Source of the DNA: a bacterium
Lineage (GTDB): Bacteria; SM23-31
DNA: 64,000 nucleotides
NCBI GenBank assembly: GCA_965249485.1
Contig: OZ252239.1
Span: 2,368,001 to 2,432,000, forward strand
Direction of reading: 5' to 3'
The notes beneath the pieces were generated by a model. The model was not told where the DNA came from, searched no databases, and saw nothing but the letters and a program-made list of their open reading frames with translations. Both the position numbers and the translations under genes were made by a program. Positions 20,441 through 30,588 of the stretch are shown here, piece by piece. Numbering within the stretch: position 1 is the stretch's first letter; each line of letters starts with the position of its first letter.

Positions 20441-21170
20441 AATGGACCCGCAATCGGTTTCGATAGTTATCCCTTGCTATAACGAAGAAGATACGTTACC
20501 AACATTATTTAAAAAGCTTGAGCGTGTCAAACAGCTCATTGATAACGAAAAGTATGCGCTCTTTTTTATTTTTGTTGATGATGGGAGCTCAGATAATACT
20601 CACTTATTACTACAAAGTCAGTATGAAACGTGCGATGACGTAAAGATTGTAAAGCGTAAAAATAATGGTGGATTTGGGGCTGCATTAAAATCGGGACTAC
20701 GTGCAGCAGAAGGTGAATTAGTTGTGACGATTGATGCTGATACAAATTATGACCAACTAGAAATTCCGACTATACTCAATGAATTGACAGATGAGTATGA
20801 TATTGTTACTGCTTCACCTCTCCATCCGAATGGCAGCTGGAATTTTCCTATGCATCGATTTATAACAAGCAGGGGAGTTGCTCAATTATATAGATTCTCG
20901 CTTGGATCGAAACATAAAGACATCTTTACCTTTACGAGCGGTTTCAGAGTATATAGAAGAAAAATTCTTGAATATATTATGCCGGAAGCTGATGATTTTT
21001 TAGCAACTGCTCAACTCCTTATCAATGCTTTGGTACGTGATTATCGGATCAAAGAATATCCTACCGTTGTGTATGACAGACTATACGGTACATCCAAGTT
21101 GCGGACATTTTCTACGGCAATTAGTCATTTGAAACAGATTCTGAAACTATTTTATAGAAAAATGAGCTGA
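20433..21170 (+). CDS. GT2 glycosyltransferase (polyprenol-phosphate sugar synthase-like)
   Basis: IVIPCYNEE, VDDGSSD, DAD, TSGFRVY and R..GTSK motifs; no C-terminal TM helices. Confidence 0.9.
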   Translation: MDKMDPQSVSIVIPCYNEEDTLPTLFKKLERVKQLIDNEKYALFFIFVDDGSSDNTHLLLQSQYETCDDVKIVKRKNNGGFGAALKSGLRAAEGELVVTIDADTNYDQLEIPTILNELTDEYDIVTASPLHPNGSWNFPMHRFITSRGVAQLYRFSLGSKHKDIFTFTSGFRVYRRKILEYIMPEADDFLATAQLLINALVRDYRIKEYPTVVYDRLYGTSKLRTFSTAISHLKQILKLFYRKMS

Positions 21171-21173
21171 GCT

Positions 21174-23063
21174 ATGTGCGGAATTTGTGGTATTTACTCA
21201 GCAGACTCTCCTCCGGATAAAGAGCGGCTGATTGATATGAGAGACAGTATGACACACCGTGGTCCTGATGACTGCGGCTTGTTTATTCAGAACGATATTG
21301 GCCTTGCAATGCGCAGGTTAAGTGTCATCGATCTTGAGACTGGCAAGCAACCCATGACCAATGAGGATGATTCTTTAGTGCTTGTTTTTAACGGAGAGAT
21401 ATATAATTATGTTGAATTAAGGAATAATAGTCTCAAGAATCGTCACTCTTTCAGGACCAAAAGCGATACCGAAGTCATTGTCCATCTTTATGAAGATTAT
21501 GGTGCTGATTGTGTTAAGCATTTGAATGGAATGTTTGCCTTTGCTATTTGGGACAAAAAAAGAAAGAGCCTCTTTCTTGCACGCGATCCTTTTGGAATAA
21601 AACCTCTTTACTATACGTTTAATGGTTCACAATTCATCTTTGCTTCAGAAATCAAATCTATTCTAAAATACACACAGCACAGTCCAGACTTAGATGTAAC
21701 TTCTCTCTACGATTACTTGAGTTTGCAGTATGTTCTCGGTGAAAAAACCCTGTTCAAGGGAGTCTCCAAATTACTTCCCGGACATAGCCTCATGCTAAAA
21801 AATGGTCATCCTTATATTCAGCAATACTGGGATGTATCTGCAAACTATGATTTTGCGAAAACCGAAGATGAATTTGCCGAGGAATTAGCTTATCTGTTAG
21901 AAGATTCTATACGGATACAACTCCGCAGCGATGTACCACTTGGAGCACATCTAAGTGGAGGAATCGATACCGGCGCTATAACATCGATAGCATCAAACAT
22001 TTTAAGTAATAAGATTACAACGTTCACGGCAGGATTCACAGAAGGTGGGATTTACGATGACAATGACTGGGCAGAAATAACATCCGGCCATTGTAAAACA
22101 AATCATATGGTAACCTATCCGACGGCACAAGATTTTGAGCAGCTTTTTAGCCAGCTGATATGGCACCTTGACGAACCTGTTGCTGCACCCGGAATATTCC
22201 CCCAATATTGCGTTTCCGGTCTCGCAAAAAAGAATGTTACCGTTGTTTTGGGAGGACAAGGTTCTGATGAATTACTTGGTGGGTATACAAGATATCTAAT
22301 AATTTATCTTGAACAAGCTTTAAAACAGTCGATATTCAACAATAACAATTCCTTACACATGTCATTGACAGACCTTCTGCCAAATTTATCTCAGTTAAAA
22401 ACATATCAACCATTGATGTCATATTATTTGAAAGACAATCTCTTTGGAAGTCCTGATTCGCGTTATTTTCGATTGGTACTAAGAAATGAAAGAATTTCTG
22501 AATTAGTTTCCCCGGAAATAAATAAAATGGCTGGAGGCTACTCTACATTCGATACATTCAGCGAAATATTCAATAAAGTTTCTGACTTTGAATTACTCAA
22601 TAAAATACTGTATTATGAGATGAAAGCGTGGCTGCCAGCACTACTGCAGGTAGAAGACAGGATGAGTATGGCATGGTCACTTGAGTCGCGTGTTCCGTTT
22701 CTTGATACGAGAATTGCAGAACTTGCATTTTCAATGCCATCAAATGTAAAATTTAAAGGTGGTATTACTAAATATATACTGCGAAAAGCAATAGACGGCA
22801 AACTCCCAAAGGAAATTTTGTGGAGGACAGATAAGCTTGGCTTCCCAGTACCATTAAAAAAATGGTTCCAGTCGGAATTAAAACCATTTTTGGAAGGATC
22901 TCTCCTGAGTGAAGCATCGTTAAACAGAAACATTTTTCGAAAAGATGTCATACAGAGTGTTATGCAGCAAAATGGTGAATTTGATAGGACTTTATGGGGA
23001 TTACTTTGTATGGAATCCTGGTTTTCAGTGTTTTTGGATGGTAAAGGAAACAATCCTAATTAA
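21174..23063 (+). CDS. asnB: AsnB-like glutamine-dependent amidotransferase (polysaccharide-associated)
   Basis: MCGICG N-terminus; HRGPD, FNGEIYN, LSGGID, GSDEL and ESRVPFLD motifs. Confidence 0.93.
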   Translation: MCGICGIYSADSPPDKERLIDMRDSMTHRGPDDCGLFIQNDIGLAMRRLSVIDLETGKQPMTNEDDSLVLVFNGEIYNYVELRNNSLKNRHSFRTKSDTEVIVHLYEDYGADCVKHLNGMFAFAIWDKKRKSLFLARDPFGIKPLYYTFNGSQFIFASEIKSILKYTQHSPDLDVTSLYDYLSLQYVLGEKTLFKGVSKLLPGHSLMLKNGHPYIQQYWDVSANYDFAKTEDEFAEELAYLLEDSIRIQLRSDVPLGAHLSGGIDTGAITSIASNILSNKITTFTAGFTEGGIYDDNDWAEITSGHCKTNHMVTYPTAQDFEQLFSQLIWHLDEPVAAPGIFPQYCVSGLAKKNVTVVLGGQGSDELLGGYTRYLIIYLEQALKQSIFNNNNSLHMSLTDLLPNLSQLKTYQPLMSYYLKDNLFGSPDSRYFRLVLRNERISELVSPEINKMAGGYSTFDTFSEIFNKVSDFELLNKILYYEMKAWLPALLQVEDRMSMAWSLESRVPFLDTRIAELAFSMPSNVKFKGGITKYILRKAIDGKLPKEILWRTDKLGFPVPLKKWFQSELKPFLEGSLLSEASLNRNIFRKDVIQSVMQQNGEFDRTLWGLLCMESWFSVFLDGKGNNPN

Positions 23064-23066
23064 AAA

Positions 23067-24767
23067 ATGAGCACAAAATCAGAACGCACCCACGTATATC
23101 AGCAATGCCTTATTGCATCAGCACCTCTTCTCTTGTCACATCTCAACAGAGATCCGTATTCACCGCTTTATGGATCATTTGATCGCGCGCATTGGTCATG
23201 GCAATCAAAAGATTTTTCTAATGCTGACCTTCAACGCGGAATATTTCCGCTCACAATTCTTTATACAAACGATTTTGATTCGAATGAGTATTTCAAAAAT
23301 CAAAATGTATTGACCTGGATTGAAGCCGCCTTAGATTTTTGGGTAAATCTGCAAAACAGGAACGGTTCATTCGATCAATGGTATCCACGTGAATACAGTG
23401 CTGGTACTGCTGCGTTTACACTCTATCCACTGTCGGAAGCATTCCTGGTGCTCAATGATGAATTATCAGACTCAATAAAGAAAAAGTTGATCCACAGTTT
23501 CCAGAAAGCCGCGCTATTTATTGTCCAAAATCAAGAGAGTCATGGGTTTATATCAAATCACCGTGCTGGTATGGCAGCTGCACTTGCTAACACTTCATTT
23601 ATTTTAGACAATCCTGTTTTTCTCGATTCGGCAAAAAGCATTGTTGCAGAAATAAAGAGCAAGCAGTCTAAGGAAGGTTGGTTTACCGAGTATGGAGGAG
23701 CTGATCCTGGTTATGAAAGTCTCGGCATATCTTATCTTGCAGGATACTTTAACCGGACACGTGATAAATCCGTACTTGAAATGATCGAAAAATCGGTCTC
23801 ATTTTATGTGAATTTCATACATCCTGACCGGTCTGTAGGCGGTGAATATGGCAGCAGAAACACAGAGCTATATTTTCCGGCAGGCTTGGAATCGATATCT
23901 ACCGATAATACGCAGGCTAATGTCATTCTCGATCATATGGTGCCGTCGATACTCAATAGTGCAATTCCTGCTCCAGCAACAGTAGATTTGTATAATTTTA
24001 TTCCTCTGATTGATAATTACGCACACGCTTATAAATATTCTATTAATACAAATTCAAAACTAATAGAAGATTATGTATTGCCTTGTTTTGATACAAATAA
24101 TACGGTCAAATATTATCCGAATTCCCAACTTGCTGTAATGAAAAATGACCGGTTCTATTTAGTTGCAGGACTCAGTAAAGGCGGGGTAGTTAAAATATTT
24201 GATCGACACAACAATCGATTATTGTATGATAATTGTGGTATATATGCAGAATTGAATAATGGCAAATCCGTTACAACACAAATGTTAGATTTTGATAGAG
24301 AAATTCATGTGACTGATACAACGATTTCCGTATCAGGAAATTTGTATTACATGAGAAAAAAAAGCCAAAATCCTCCTCTTTTTATGGTGTTCCGTCTTGT
24401 AACCATGACGGCGGGATTAATTTCTATTTTGAACAAACTGATTAAAATAATGATGTCCGCAATATTGATCAAAGCACCAGGAAAATCTTCGGTACAATGC
24501 ACCCGTAATATTTCTCTTGAAGATAATACAATTAAAATCAGCGATACGATTGATCCGGGCAGATCAATAATTAAACGGCTTGAATCCGGCAGGAAATTTG
24601 TTTCAATATTTATGGGTTCTTCGCGATATTTTCAAAAAAATGAACTTGTCAAAAAAAGTCCGGAAACGTTTGATGTTGATCCAAGTAAATTGATAACGTC
24701 AGTAACAATAACTGATGTGATTTCACTAACAGGTTCGGAACCTAAAATCCTGCGTAGTATCAACTAA
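23067..24767 (+). CDS. Conserved hypothetical protein, probable (alpha/alpha) toroid plus beta-sandwich (heparinase II/III-like) of glycan loci
   Basis: GSFDR.HW, QNRNGSFDQWYP, EYGGADPGY and GGEYGSRNT motifs; operonic with asnB. Fold is inferred. Confidence 0.6.
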   Translation: MSTKSERTHVYQQCLIASAPLLLSHLNRDPYSPLYGSFDRAHWSWQSKDFSNADLQRGIFPLTILYTNDFDSNEYFKNQNVLTWIEAALDFWVNLQNRNGSFDQWYPREYSAGTAAFTLYPLSEAFLVLNDELSDSIKKKLIHSFQKAALFIVQNQESHGFISNHRAGMAAALANTSFILDNPVFLDSAKSIVAEIKSKQSKEGWFTEYGGADPGYESLGISYLAGYFNRTRDKSVLEMIEKSVSFYVNFIHPDRSVGGEYGSRNTELYFPAGLESISTDNTQANVILDHMVPSILNSAIPAPATVDLYNFIPLIDNYAHAYKYSINTNSKLIEDYVLPCFDTNNTVKYYPNSQLAVMKNDRFYLVAGLSKGGVVKIFDRHNNRLLYDNCGIYAELNNGKSVTTQMLDFDREIHVTDTTISVSGNLYYMRKKSQNPPLFMVFRLVTMTAGLISILNKLIKIMMSAILIKAPGKSSVQCTRNISLEDNTIKISDTIDPGRSIIKRLESGRKFVSIFMGSSRYFQKNELVKKSPETFDVDPSKLITSVTITDVISLTGSEPKILRSIN

Positions 24768-24830
24768 CCACATGATTTGATATTTTATTTAAAGGTTCAA
24801 GAACAGAAGTCTTTTACTCTCGAGGATTTT

Positions 24831-25943
24831 ATGAAAATTAAGCAAATTGATGTTTACCAGGTTACCTATGGATTGCGGGACCACGAATATGCCTGGTCCG
24901 GAGGGCATTCAGTTACCATACTCATCAGCACTATTGTAAAAATATTAACCGATGAAGGTATCAGTGGTTTTGGTGAGGTCTGTCCACTTGGTTCGGGCTA
25001 TATGGATGCTTATGCACGAGGTGTTCCCAGCGGTATAGAAGAAGTTGGAGAACTGCTGATTGGCGAAGATCCAACCAGAATACATGCTATTAATGCTCTG
25101 ATGGATTCAGCTCTTGGGGGACATAAGTATGTCAAGTCAGTCCTTGATATTGCCTGCTGGGATATTTTAGGTAAAACCGCGGACTTACCTGTATGTACAC
25201 TGCTGGGCGGTAGATATGTTGATAACTATCCATTATACAGAGCAATTTCACAGAATACACCGGAAAAAATGGCCGATGATGTGGCCAGATTCAGATCAGA
25301 AGGCTATCGCAGGTTTCAGCTTAAAGTCGGAGCACTGCCGGACGATGATATTAGAAGGATTCAAGCTGCATTGGAGATAGTTCATGAAGGAGATATTCTC
25401 ATTGCCGATGCTAATACAGGATGGCTGCAGCATGAAGCAATCCGGGTTGTGAATGCTCTCGCCGATAGAGATTTCTACGTCGAACAGCCATGTCCAAGCC
25501 TTGATGAATGTCTTGTTATTCGTGAACATACCCGGCTGCCAATGGTATTGGATGAAGTAATGACCGGTGTCGAACCTTTTATGCAGGCGTATGAGAATCG
25601 AGCAATGGACGCAATTAATATCAAAATATCACGTGTAGGCGGCATGACAAAAGCTAAACAATTGCGCGACCTCTGTGAAACACTGGGAATTATTATGACG
25701 ATCGAAGATAGCTGGGGAGGAGATATAACCACCGCTTCAATTGCCCACCTTGCCGGGAGCACCAAACCGGAATTTCTTTTCACGTCAACCGATTTTAATA
25801 GCTACATAGATGTCCGGATTGCAGAAGATGCGCCATTCAGAAAGGACGGCAGATTATCAGTACCAACCGGTCCTGGGCTCGGTATCACTGTCGATGAAAG
25901 CAAACTTGGTACTCCGGTTATTACAGTGAGTTCTAAATTGTAA
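24831..25943 (+). CDS. Enolase-superfamily enzyme, probable cis-3-hydroxy-L-proline dehydratase
   Basis: ATG 24831 after GAGG. YAWSGG, CPLGSGY, LYRAISQ, QLKVG, DANTGW, EQP, DE, EDSWGGDI and TDFNSY match my recollection of the c3LHyp dehydratase/HpbD clade. Confidence 0.8.
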   Translation: MKIKQIDVYQVTYGLRDHEYAWSGGHSVTILISTIVKILTDEGISGFGEVCPLGSGYMDAYARGVPSGIEEVGELLIGEDPTRIHAINALMDSALGGHKYVKSVLDIACWDILGKTADLPVCTLLGGRYVDNYPLYRAISQNTPEKMADDVARFRSEGYRRFQLKVGALPDDDIRRIQAALEIVHEGDILIADANTGWLQHEAIRVVNALADRDFYVEQPCPSLDECLVIREHTRLPMVLDEVMTGVEPFMQAYENRAMDAINIKISRVGGMTKAKQLRDLCETLGIIMTIEDSWGGDITTASIAHLAGSTKPEFLFTSTDFNSYIDVRIAEDAPFRKDGRLSVPTGPGLGITVDESKLGTPVITVSSKL

Positions 25944-25986
25944 TAAAATTTTCATTTAACAGCGATTCACAATTATTTTTACATAT

Positions 25987-26039
25987 TGTGTTGAATTTAT
26001 AAACATTTCTGCACATTGTATGTATTTAAATTCAACACA
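25987..26039. terminator. 13-bp perfect inverted repeat after the dehydratase gene
   Basis: TGTGTTGAATTTA/TAAATTCAACACA. Confidence 0.45.
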
Positions 26040-26289
26040 CCCTTAGTGTAGTAAAATTAAATATTTATACACTTTCTAAAGAGTATAGCAAATAATTGTT
26101 GAATAATTAAACATTTCTTCTGGTACTCCTGTCTCCTTATTTTCTGGCACCCCTTACCAAATGCTTTCCCAACCATATAATTCAATTATAACAGATTGGG
26201 GAGTAGAGTACCTCTATCCACTCAATGAGAGAGTTATCATTATTCGATAGTGCAATATGTTTTTTGAAAAACTGAGTACTCGAATTTAA

Positions 26290-26338
26290 AAATAAGCAGG
26301 GGCTGGTGGTGTTTTCAGTCTCTGCTTATTTATTTTAT
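26290..26338. terminator. Hairpin with A/T tails, probable bidirectional terminator at the SET gene end
   Basis: 16-bp stem AAATAAGCAGGGGCTG/CAGTCTCTGCTTATTT with two G.U pairs. Confidence 0.65.
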
Positions 26339-26848
26339 ACGCAGCTTTTCTTTCAAATAGGGTGAGAAATAGTCACGGTATTTCTTTTGAAGTTCAGGAA
26401 TTTTCCAATTGGCAGGTGATATAGTGCCACGGCAATTCGAATGCCCGCATTTGCATTGAAATTGCTCGAAATGCGTCTCCATCAATGCATAATCAAGGGT
26501 CAATTCTTCACGAATCGCTATGGCTCGCATTGAGATAAGCTAGATTGTGCCTCCAAATCCGCAGTTTGGTTCGCATGAGTGATTGAAAATGATAGTATTT
26601 TCAATGTCTTTCCTGCTTGAAGGGCATATAAAATAATCATCGTCAATTTGGATACCGACATGCCCGTTTTTCTCTCTATACAAGTCAATTTCCGATGTCG
26701 GAACAATAATTCCCCCAAATATACAGATAAGTTCGTTTGGGGAAAATGATTTGACTGTAATACCGCCAATGCCATGTATTGGTGAATTGAACGGCTCAGC
26801 TTTTGGATTGATCCACCGCTGTTTCCACGTATGATGTTGAATGTCCAT
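26330..26848 (-). pseudogene. SET-domain protein (SET + post-SET) interrupted by an in-frame TAG at 26540-26542
   Basis: ORFs 26540..26848 and 26330..26530 share a frame: SPIHGIG..FNHSCEPNCGFGGTI*LISMRAIAIREELTLDY..CKCGHSNCRG. Confidence 0.85.
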
Positions 26849-26884
26849 ATGAAGGGAATAGGGAAATTTGTTGTACAGAAATCA

Positions 26885-26929
26885 ATACTGCAAGCAGGTC
26901 ATAAAAATAATAAGACCTGCTCACAGTAT
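26885..26929 (-). terminator. Hairpin downstream of the amidohydrolase gene
   Basis: Minus-strand 16-bp stem AUACUGUGAGCAGGUC/GACCUGCUUGCAGUAU with two G.U pairs, followed by UGAUUUC. Confidence 0.6.
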
Positions 26930-27015
26930 CAATACCGGTTTCGAAAATGTATTTTATAAAACTTTGAATATGATACTATACATCTCGTATCAGTGCAGTG
27001 AGTAACAATCGAAAA

Positions 27016-28422
27016 TTAATTATCCTGTTTGTCAGGATCGGCTAAGCCTCTTCTGAAGCCCGCCTCATTTTCAGCAACACCAAGGAAGCCTTTCCGCATC
27101 GGTGATCTCGTGAAGTATTTCCAAAAACTGGTCGGACCAAGAGGATGTTCGAGGTCTACCGAATATCCATCTCGAAAGACCATCTTCACTTTTCTGATAT
27201 TCGATATATTGTCGAGAGGATTATCAGCAACGACAACCAGGTCTGCCCATTTCCCTTCTTCGACAGTACCAAGTTTGTCAAGCATTCCGACCATTTCCGC
27301 ACCATTACGTGTAGCAGCGATGAGCGTCTCCATTTCGCTGACACCGGAAAGGACAAACTGTTCCATTTCAAGAATACCGATCTCACCCACAGGTGCAGAA
27401 TCTGATCCGATAAGGAGTTTCACACCGGCATCAGCAGCTTTTTTCAATGCCTGTCTTTGATACAAAGCATGCTCTTGTGATCTTTCATCTGCATAAGCGA
27501 TTTCAGTACGCAACCGTACAATCTCCTCATCGTCGGCATATCCGAGCTTAGCCAACCGATCTTCTCTTTCTTTGATATATTCGTCGCTTAAATTACATAT
27601 AATTGTCGGATCGTAAAATGTTTCCATCTTAGCCATGAGTTCTATAGTTTCATCTGTCAGGCCATAACCATGCTCGATACAGTCCATACCGGCTTTAACT
27701 GCTGCATATACCGCAGGTTCTCTCGAGTGGGCGGTAATATGAATCCCAAAACTGTGAGTAGTCTCAATGACTGCTTCAAGTTCGTCAGGAAGCATTTCAT
27801 AATTTACAGTCTTAATAACATTAACACCATGCTGAACTCTTTCACGCACTGCTTTCCTGATTTCAGTAACACCGTCCGCTCCGGTTTCAGCGTCACCACG
27901 ATGTGCGGCGGTTGGAGAAACATTCTCACCACTTGCAAAGATGCGCGGTCCTACCAAAAATCCCATATCAAACGCATCCCTCCATGCCACATCCATATAG
28001 CCTTCTTCACCGACTGAGCGGACTGCGGTGAATCCATACCGGAGACCGTCCATTGCGTTGACACCAGCGCGAATAACTTTTGAGGGAAACGGTTCGTTAT
28101 CGAGGTTATGGTTCAGGGGGAGAAGTGTGGATAAATGCATATGCATGTTCCAGAAGCCGGGGAGAACATACGCACCATCCAGATCGTATACCTCAACACC
28201 ATCTCTCGATGATCCTTGATATCTGCCTTCGCTTATAGATGTGATAGTGTTCCCGGTTATTTCAACAGTCATGTTTTCCATTGGTGCGCTTCCGGTACAG
28301 TCGATCACATTGCAATTTGTCAGAATGATCTTGGGACCATTTGCACTCTGGGATTGCGCCTGCCCCGGCAGTAAAAATAGTGCTATCAGGAAAACAGTTG
28401 TAATTAATCGTAAAACGTTCAT
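27016..28422 (-). CDS. Secreted amidohydrolase (Xaa-Pro dipeptidase/imidazolonepropionase-like)
   Basis: Signal peptide; PGFWNMHMH, VIK, AH, IEHG, GSD and GTVEEGKWADLVV motifs. Confidence 0.9.
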   Translation of the reverse strand: MNVLRLITTVFLIALFLLPGQAQSQSANGPKIILTNCNVIDCTGSAPMENMTVEITGNTITSISEGRYQGSSRDGVEVYDLDGAYVLPGFWNMHMHLSTLLPLNHNLDNEPFPSKVIRAGVNAMDGLRYGFTAVRSVGEEGYMDVAWRDAFDMGFLVGPRIFASGENVSPTAAHRGDAETGADGVTEIRKAVRERVQHGVNVIKTVNYEMLPDELEAVIETTHSFGIHITAHSREPAVYAAVKAGMDCIEHGYGLTDETIELMAKMETFYDPTIICNLSDEYIKEREDRLAKLGYADDEEIVRLRTEIAYADERSQEHALYQRQALKKAADAGVKLLIGSDSAPVGEIGILEMEQFVLSGVSEMETLIAATRNGAEMVGMLDKLGTVEEGKWADLVVVADNPLDNISNIRKVKMVFRDGYSVDLEHPLGPTSFWKYFTRSPMRKGFLGVAENEAGFRRGLADPDKQDN

Positions 28423-28853
28423 ACAATCCTCCTCAGTTGTTTAATCATGCAGTTATTAGATACGTTTATGGCTTATATTGTATGAGATAAATAGGTTAAT
28501 GTGGGGATGCAATGTTACCTTTGCAACATAGCGATAATAATATTTTTTAACAACGAAAAACATCAATATTATTAGAAGGAGGAAGGCATTCCATCCGGAA
28601 ATGAATATTCTAAAGAATAATGTGAATTTCTTGAATAGTGTACTCATTATCCGGTGTTATTTCGCACTTTGCTGGTTCCATTTTAATGAAAAATGTTTGT
28701 TTGTTGATGTGCAGGTTTCCAGCAGTATTCGTTTTGTTGTTATTTAGTGTCAGCATTTGCAGAAAAAAATTGATATTCTTTGTCGAATAACTTATATAGT
28801 AACCTGAAACACCACTGCCGGCTTAACATTATTCTATAAAAGGGAGAATACTG

Positions 28854-30392
28854 ATGTACTTAAAAAGATCGATACTACTGATTGTTGCAGTTTTTTTGAC
28901 TTTTACAACAAGTTCTGCGCAGGTAATCCACGGCGGAGCAAAACAATTTGGGAATGACTTGAAGCAACAAACAATGCGATATGTTAATCCGCTCACTTTG
29001 GAGGAAGCAGGCAGGCTTGCAGATCCGAATGTTATCCGGTTTCAGGATAAATATTATCTCTATTTAACGGGAGGTCTCGCCTGGTCGTCGGACGATTTAG
29101 TACAGTGGGAGTATCATAAGGTTTCCATGCCCGAAGGCAGCCGAATCACTGCTCCCGCTGCAGTTGCGTATAAAGGGTACGTATACTTAACCGGAAATGA
29201 CACCGGACTTTTCAGAAGCCGGGATCCGCTGGGACCATTCGATTTTTACGGTGATTTTGTTGATGAAAGAGGTAGAAGACTGGAGAGCGACATCTGTAAC
29301 GGTTGTGGTGATGGGGGTGTATTCGACCCGATGCTCTTTGTTGATGAAGATGAGCGGGCGTACCTCTATTACGCAGGAGGCTCTCTTGACGGGGTATATG
29401 GAGTCGAACTTGACAGTAGAGACTTGAGAAAGCTCCTGAGCCCTGCAGAACACTTTTTCCGTTTTGAAACGTCGCATACCTGGGAACGGTATGGAAATCG
29501 AAACGAGTTCAGTGGCGTAAGCTGGATCGAAGGTCCCTGGATGACGAAGCGAAATGGGACGTACTATCTCCAATATGCCGCTCCGGGAACCGACTGGATA
29601 ACATATGGAGTGGGTGTGTATACCGGAAAGAGCCCTTTAGGTCCATTTACGTATTACGAAGAGAGTCCGATTTTTGTTCACAAAAATGGACTCATCAACG
29701 GTGCCGGTCACCATAGCATTGTCGAAGGCCCCGACGGAACCGTGTGGGCGATCTACACACTGCTCTTCAGGAATTGGAACCGCATGTTCGAGCGGCGTAT
29801 TGGTATGGATCCGGTCGGCTTTGATGATGAAGGGAACATGTTCATCATCGGTCCGTCGGAGACACCGCAGTGGGCGCCGGGGGTCAAGGAAAAGCCCTGG
29901 GAAGGTAATGAATCCGGGTCATATCAATTGTCAGAGGACAAAAGCTACACGGTAAGCAGTGAAGCGCCCGGCAGAAATGCTCCTTATGCATTCGATAATA
30001 ACACGAGAACCTGGTGGACACCAGCTGAAGATGATGAGGAACCGTGGCTGATACTTGACCTGGGATCTGCTACAGGAGCAGATCCTATACAACAATACAT
30101 CATTGACTCCGCACGAATCCTTTTTGCTCTTCCAACCAGACTCAAAGAGGAAGGTTCCGCGACCAGGGCACGGAAATACAAAATTGAGGTATCTTCAGAT
30201 GGTGAATTGTTTCAGACGGTAGTAGATAAAACCGCAAACCGTGTGGACAACGCTATCGAATTTGATGAAATTAGTCCGGTCCAATGCAAATATGTAAAAT
30301 TGACAATCACCGGTTGGCCGGGGAATGCTCCTACCGGAGTTATTGAGTTCACAGTATTTGGAAAACCAGGATTAGTCTATCCGCCCCGCTAA
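28854..30392 (+). CDS. GH43 glycoside hydrolase with C-terminal F5/8 type C (CBM32-like) domain
   Basis: ADP, TAP, FDP, IEGP and GHHS motifs; AFDNNTRTWW..WLILDLG..EFTVFG. Confidence 0.9.
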   Translation: MYLKRSILLIVAVFLTFTTSSAQVIHGGAKQFGNDLKQQTMRYVNPLTLEEAGRLADPNVIRFQDKYYLYLTGGLAWSSDDLVQWEYHKVSMPEGSRITAPAAVAYKGYVYLTGNDTGLFRSRDPLGPFDFYGDFVDERGRRLESDICNGCGDGGVFDPMLFVDEDERAYLYYAGGSLDGVYGVELDSRDLRKLLSPAEHFFRFETSHTWERYGNRNEFSGVSWIEGPWMTKRNGTYYLQYAAPGTDWITYGVGVYTGKSPLGPFTYYEESPIFVHKNGLINGAGHHSIVEGPDGTVWAIYTLLFRNWNRMFERRIGMDPVGFDDEGNMFIIGPSETPQWAPGVKEKPWEGNESGSYQLSEDKSYTVSSEAPGRNAPYAFDNNTRTWWTPAEDDEEPWLILDLGSATGADPIQQYIIDSARILFALPTRLKEEGSATRARKYKIEVSSDGELFQTVVDKTANRVDNAIEFDEISPVQCKYVKLTITGWPGNAPTGVIEFTVFGKPGLVYPPR

Positions 30393-30588
30393 AGCGGGTT
30401 CAGCGTGATAACGTTATACGTATATTCCGGGAAGCGATTTTTATCTGGCATATAATCAGGAAAATCTTGTTGGCAGGGGCAATACTACGATTAAAAACCG
30501 CACGTTTCTCGCTAAATTTACGCATCTTTTTCGTAAGTAAAATGGATCGTGACATCAATCATGGCCATACGGATCGGGAAGGCGCACG

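Noticed and set aside
26195..26226. GGGGAGTAG resembling the start of a yybP-ykoY riboswitch
   Set aside because: The rest of the motif is absent and no same-strand gene follows; it is only an imperfect hairpin.
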